From a virus (Duplodnaviria; Caudoviricetes), in the IMG/VR virus record IMGVR_UViG_3300020578_000101, positions 1-54,761 of that record: 54,761 nt of DNA. The stretch is one strand, 5' to 3'. This document shows positions 53,390 through 54,761 of the stretch, one piece after another (within the stretch, counting starts at the first letter, position 1; each line of letters opens with the position of its first letter). The position numbers were made by a program, and so were the translations under genes. The notes beneath the pieces were generated by a model. The model was not told where the DNA came from, searched no databases, and was given only the letters and a program-made list of their open reading frames with translations.

Positions 53390-54761
53390 TCAAAGTTGAT
53401 ACCGAACGATAACGATGCCGGAGCCGCCTGCGCCTGAAAGGACATTCTTGTTTGCCACTGTTGCAGGTCCAGGATATCCGACAGAAGTCCCTCCCACACC
53501 CACGGTTACAACGTAGGTTCCAGCAGCAAGAGTGGCGCTAGAGTCAATATACCCACCAGCACCGCCGCCGCCGTGATTTTGACCCCACCAGCCGTCAGCA
53601 CCGCCACCGCCACCACCTTTATTTTCAGATCCGCTTACTGGGAGTGGGTTGTCAGAGCCTGCGACCCCTCCTGCGCCTCCACCACCAGCACCTCCCAGGC
53701 CGCGAACTTTCCCAGACCCGTTAGAGCCACCGCCACCGCCACCACCAGCGTAGAAAGTGCCAAGCGATTTCCAATTTATGCCTGCGCCACCATCACCCAT
53801 TTTCTTTGAAGAGCCTGCTTGCCCAGCCGCTCCCGCCCCGCCGCCGCCTCCTGATTCTGTTTCACCGCCAGAAACCGCATTACCGCCAGCATTTCCCTGA
53901 CCAGAAGTTCCAGAGCCTGCGCCGGTCGCGCTTCCACCCCCACCTCCGCCTCCAGAGCCACCGTCTTTCGTAGAACCAGGTCGGTTGTACGCTCGACCTC
54001 CACCGCCGCCGATTGCGGTTTGCGAGTTAAAAGAAGAATTTGTTCCTTTGTTTCCATCTTGGTAACCACTGCCTGTTTCAGACCAAACCCCACCAGAGCC
54101 TCCACCAGCGACAATCAAATACTCCGCGCTAACAGACATCCCAGAGGGAACTACAAAGGAAGATGAAGACGTGAATGTGTGGTAAAGGTATCCACCAGAT
54201 GTTGTAATCGTTCCGCCGGTTGGCACTGCGGTGACGGTTTTACTGGAACCGTTTGATACTTGACCACCAGCAATAACACTGATGGTTACCGACGTTCCAA
54301 CTGACTGACCGTACACGGCGCTTGGAACAGCAACTGTAATTTCTGTGTCACTAGATGGTGTCACTGATACATCTGAAGTTGATCCGCCGTAAGAAAAACG
54401 TACCGTTGCGCCAACACCAAAACCACCACCAGAGATTGTTAAATTCGTGGCAATTGTGTTGTAGATGTTCCCGCTAATGGATGCAATTGCTGGTGGTATC
54501 AGACCAATGTTCTTCCAGCCAGTACTTGTGTACTGCTGAAGCGTGTCCTCATTCGTGTTGAAGTAAATTGTTCCGATTGAAGGGCTCGCTGGGCGGTTGG
54601 CTGTTGTTCCTGACGCGTGACCACCAACGCCAGCAGGGAGTGTGACGGTCTTGCCAGTAAGGTCAAGCGTCGACGCCAACTTACCAGCAGTGACCGCGGT
54701 GTCCGCAAGTTTTACGGTGGTAACAGCAGAGTCGGCAAGGTCCGTAGTCTCGACGGTACCG
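53390..54761 (-). CDS. Gly-rich tail fibre protein with IPT/TIG-like domain (C-terminal part; start at 343)
   Basis: GTTANRP, TISG.GF...ATV.F (TIG-like) and the Gly-rich domain. Confidence 0.85.
   Translation of the reverse strand, partial: GTVETTDLADSAVTTVKLADTAVTAGKLASTLDLTGKTVTLPAGVGGHASGTTANRPASPSIGTIYFNTNEDTLQQYTSTGWKNIGLIPPAIASISGNIYNTIATNLTISGGGFGVGATVRFSYGGSTSDVSVTPSSDTEITVAVPSAVYGQSVGTSVTISVIAGGQVSNGSSKTVTAVPTGGTITTSGGYLYHTFTSSSSFVVPSGMSVSAEYLIVAGGGSGGVWSETGSGYQDGNKGTNSSFNSQTAIGGGGGRAYNRPGSTKDGGSGGGGGGGSATGAGSGTSGQGNAGGNAVSGGETESGGGGGAGAAGQAGSSKKMGDGGAGINWKSLGTFYAGGGGGGGSNGSGKVRGLGGAGGGGAGGVAGSDNPLPVSGSENKGGGGGGADGWWGQNHGGGGAGGYIDSSATLAAGTYVVTVGVGGTSVGYPGPATVANKNVLSGAGGSGIVIVRYQL
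54478..54761. repeat. Terminal direct repeat, copy 2
   Basis: See 1..284. Confidence 0.95.

Noticed and set aside
50008-54200. Tandem DNA repeats or collagen-like repeats
   Set aside because: The CCG/CCA runs are Gly codons of polyglycine-rich domains, not Gly-X-Y repeats or a discrete repeat array.

Overview
The window is an essentially complete ~54.5 kb genome of a temperate, podovirus-like dsDNA phage; bases 1-284 recur at 54478-54761. The host is probably a betaproteobacterium, inferred from the tRNA-Asn-derived attP and the gene content. Minus-strand late genes cover small basic proteins, TerS, lysis genes, TerL, portal, scaffold, major capsid, adaptors, a modular Gly-rich tail-fibre region, nozzle and tail-tip genes, a GNAT and three probable ejection proteins, one of them a 3089-aa polyvalent protein. 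A lambdoid control and replication block contains Q, a resolvase, a DnaB-like helicase, an initiator, cro/cI, SSB-like and Cas4-like genes, integrase and attP. An oppositely oriented operon (15.3-20.0 kb) carries a structured 300-nt leader, small membrane peptides, a MoxR/CobS-like AAA+ ATPase, a CobT-like VWA protein and a Mesh1-like alarmone hydrolase. Four observations stand out: (1) a RelA/SpoT synthetase domain inside the probable ejected giant protein, paired with a separately encoded hydrolase; (2) a 10-mer (AACAACTGTT/AACAGTTGTT) with at least 17 exact copies genome-wide; (3) several candidate structured RNAs; (4) an F-S/A-R-delimited cassette architecture in the giant protein. All domain calls come from motifs recognised by eye, not from database searches.
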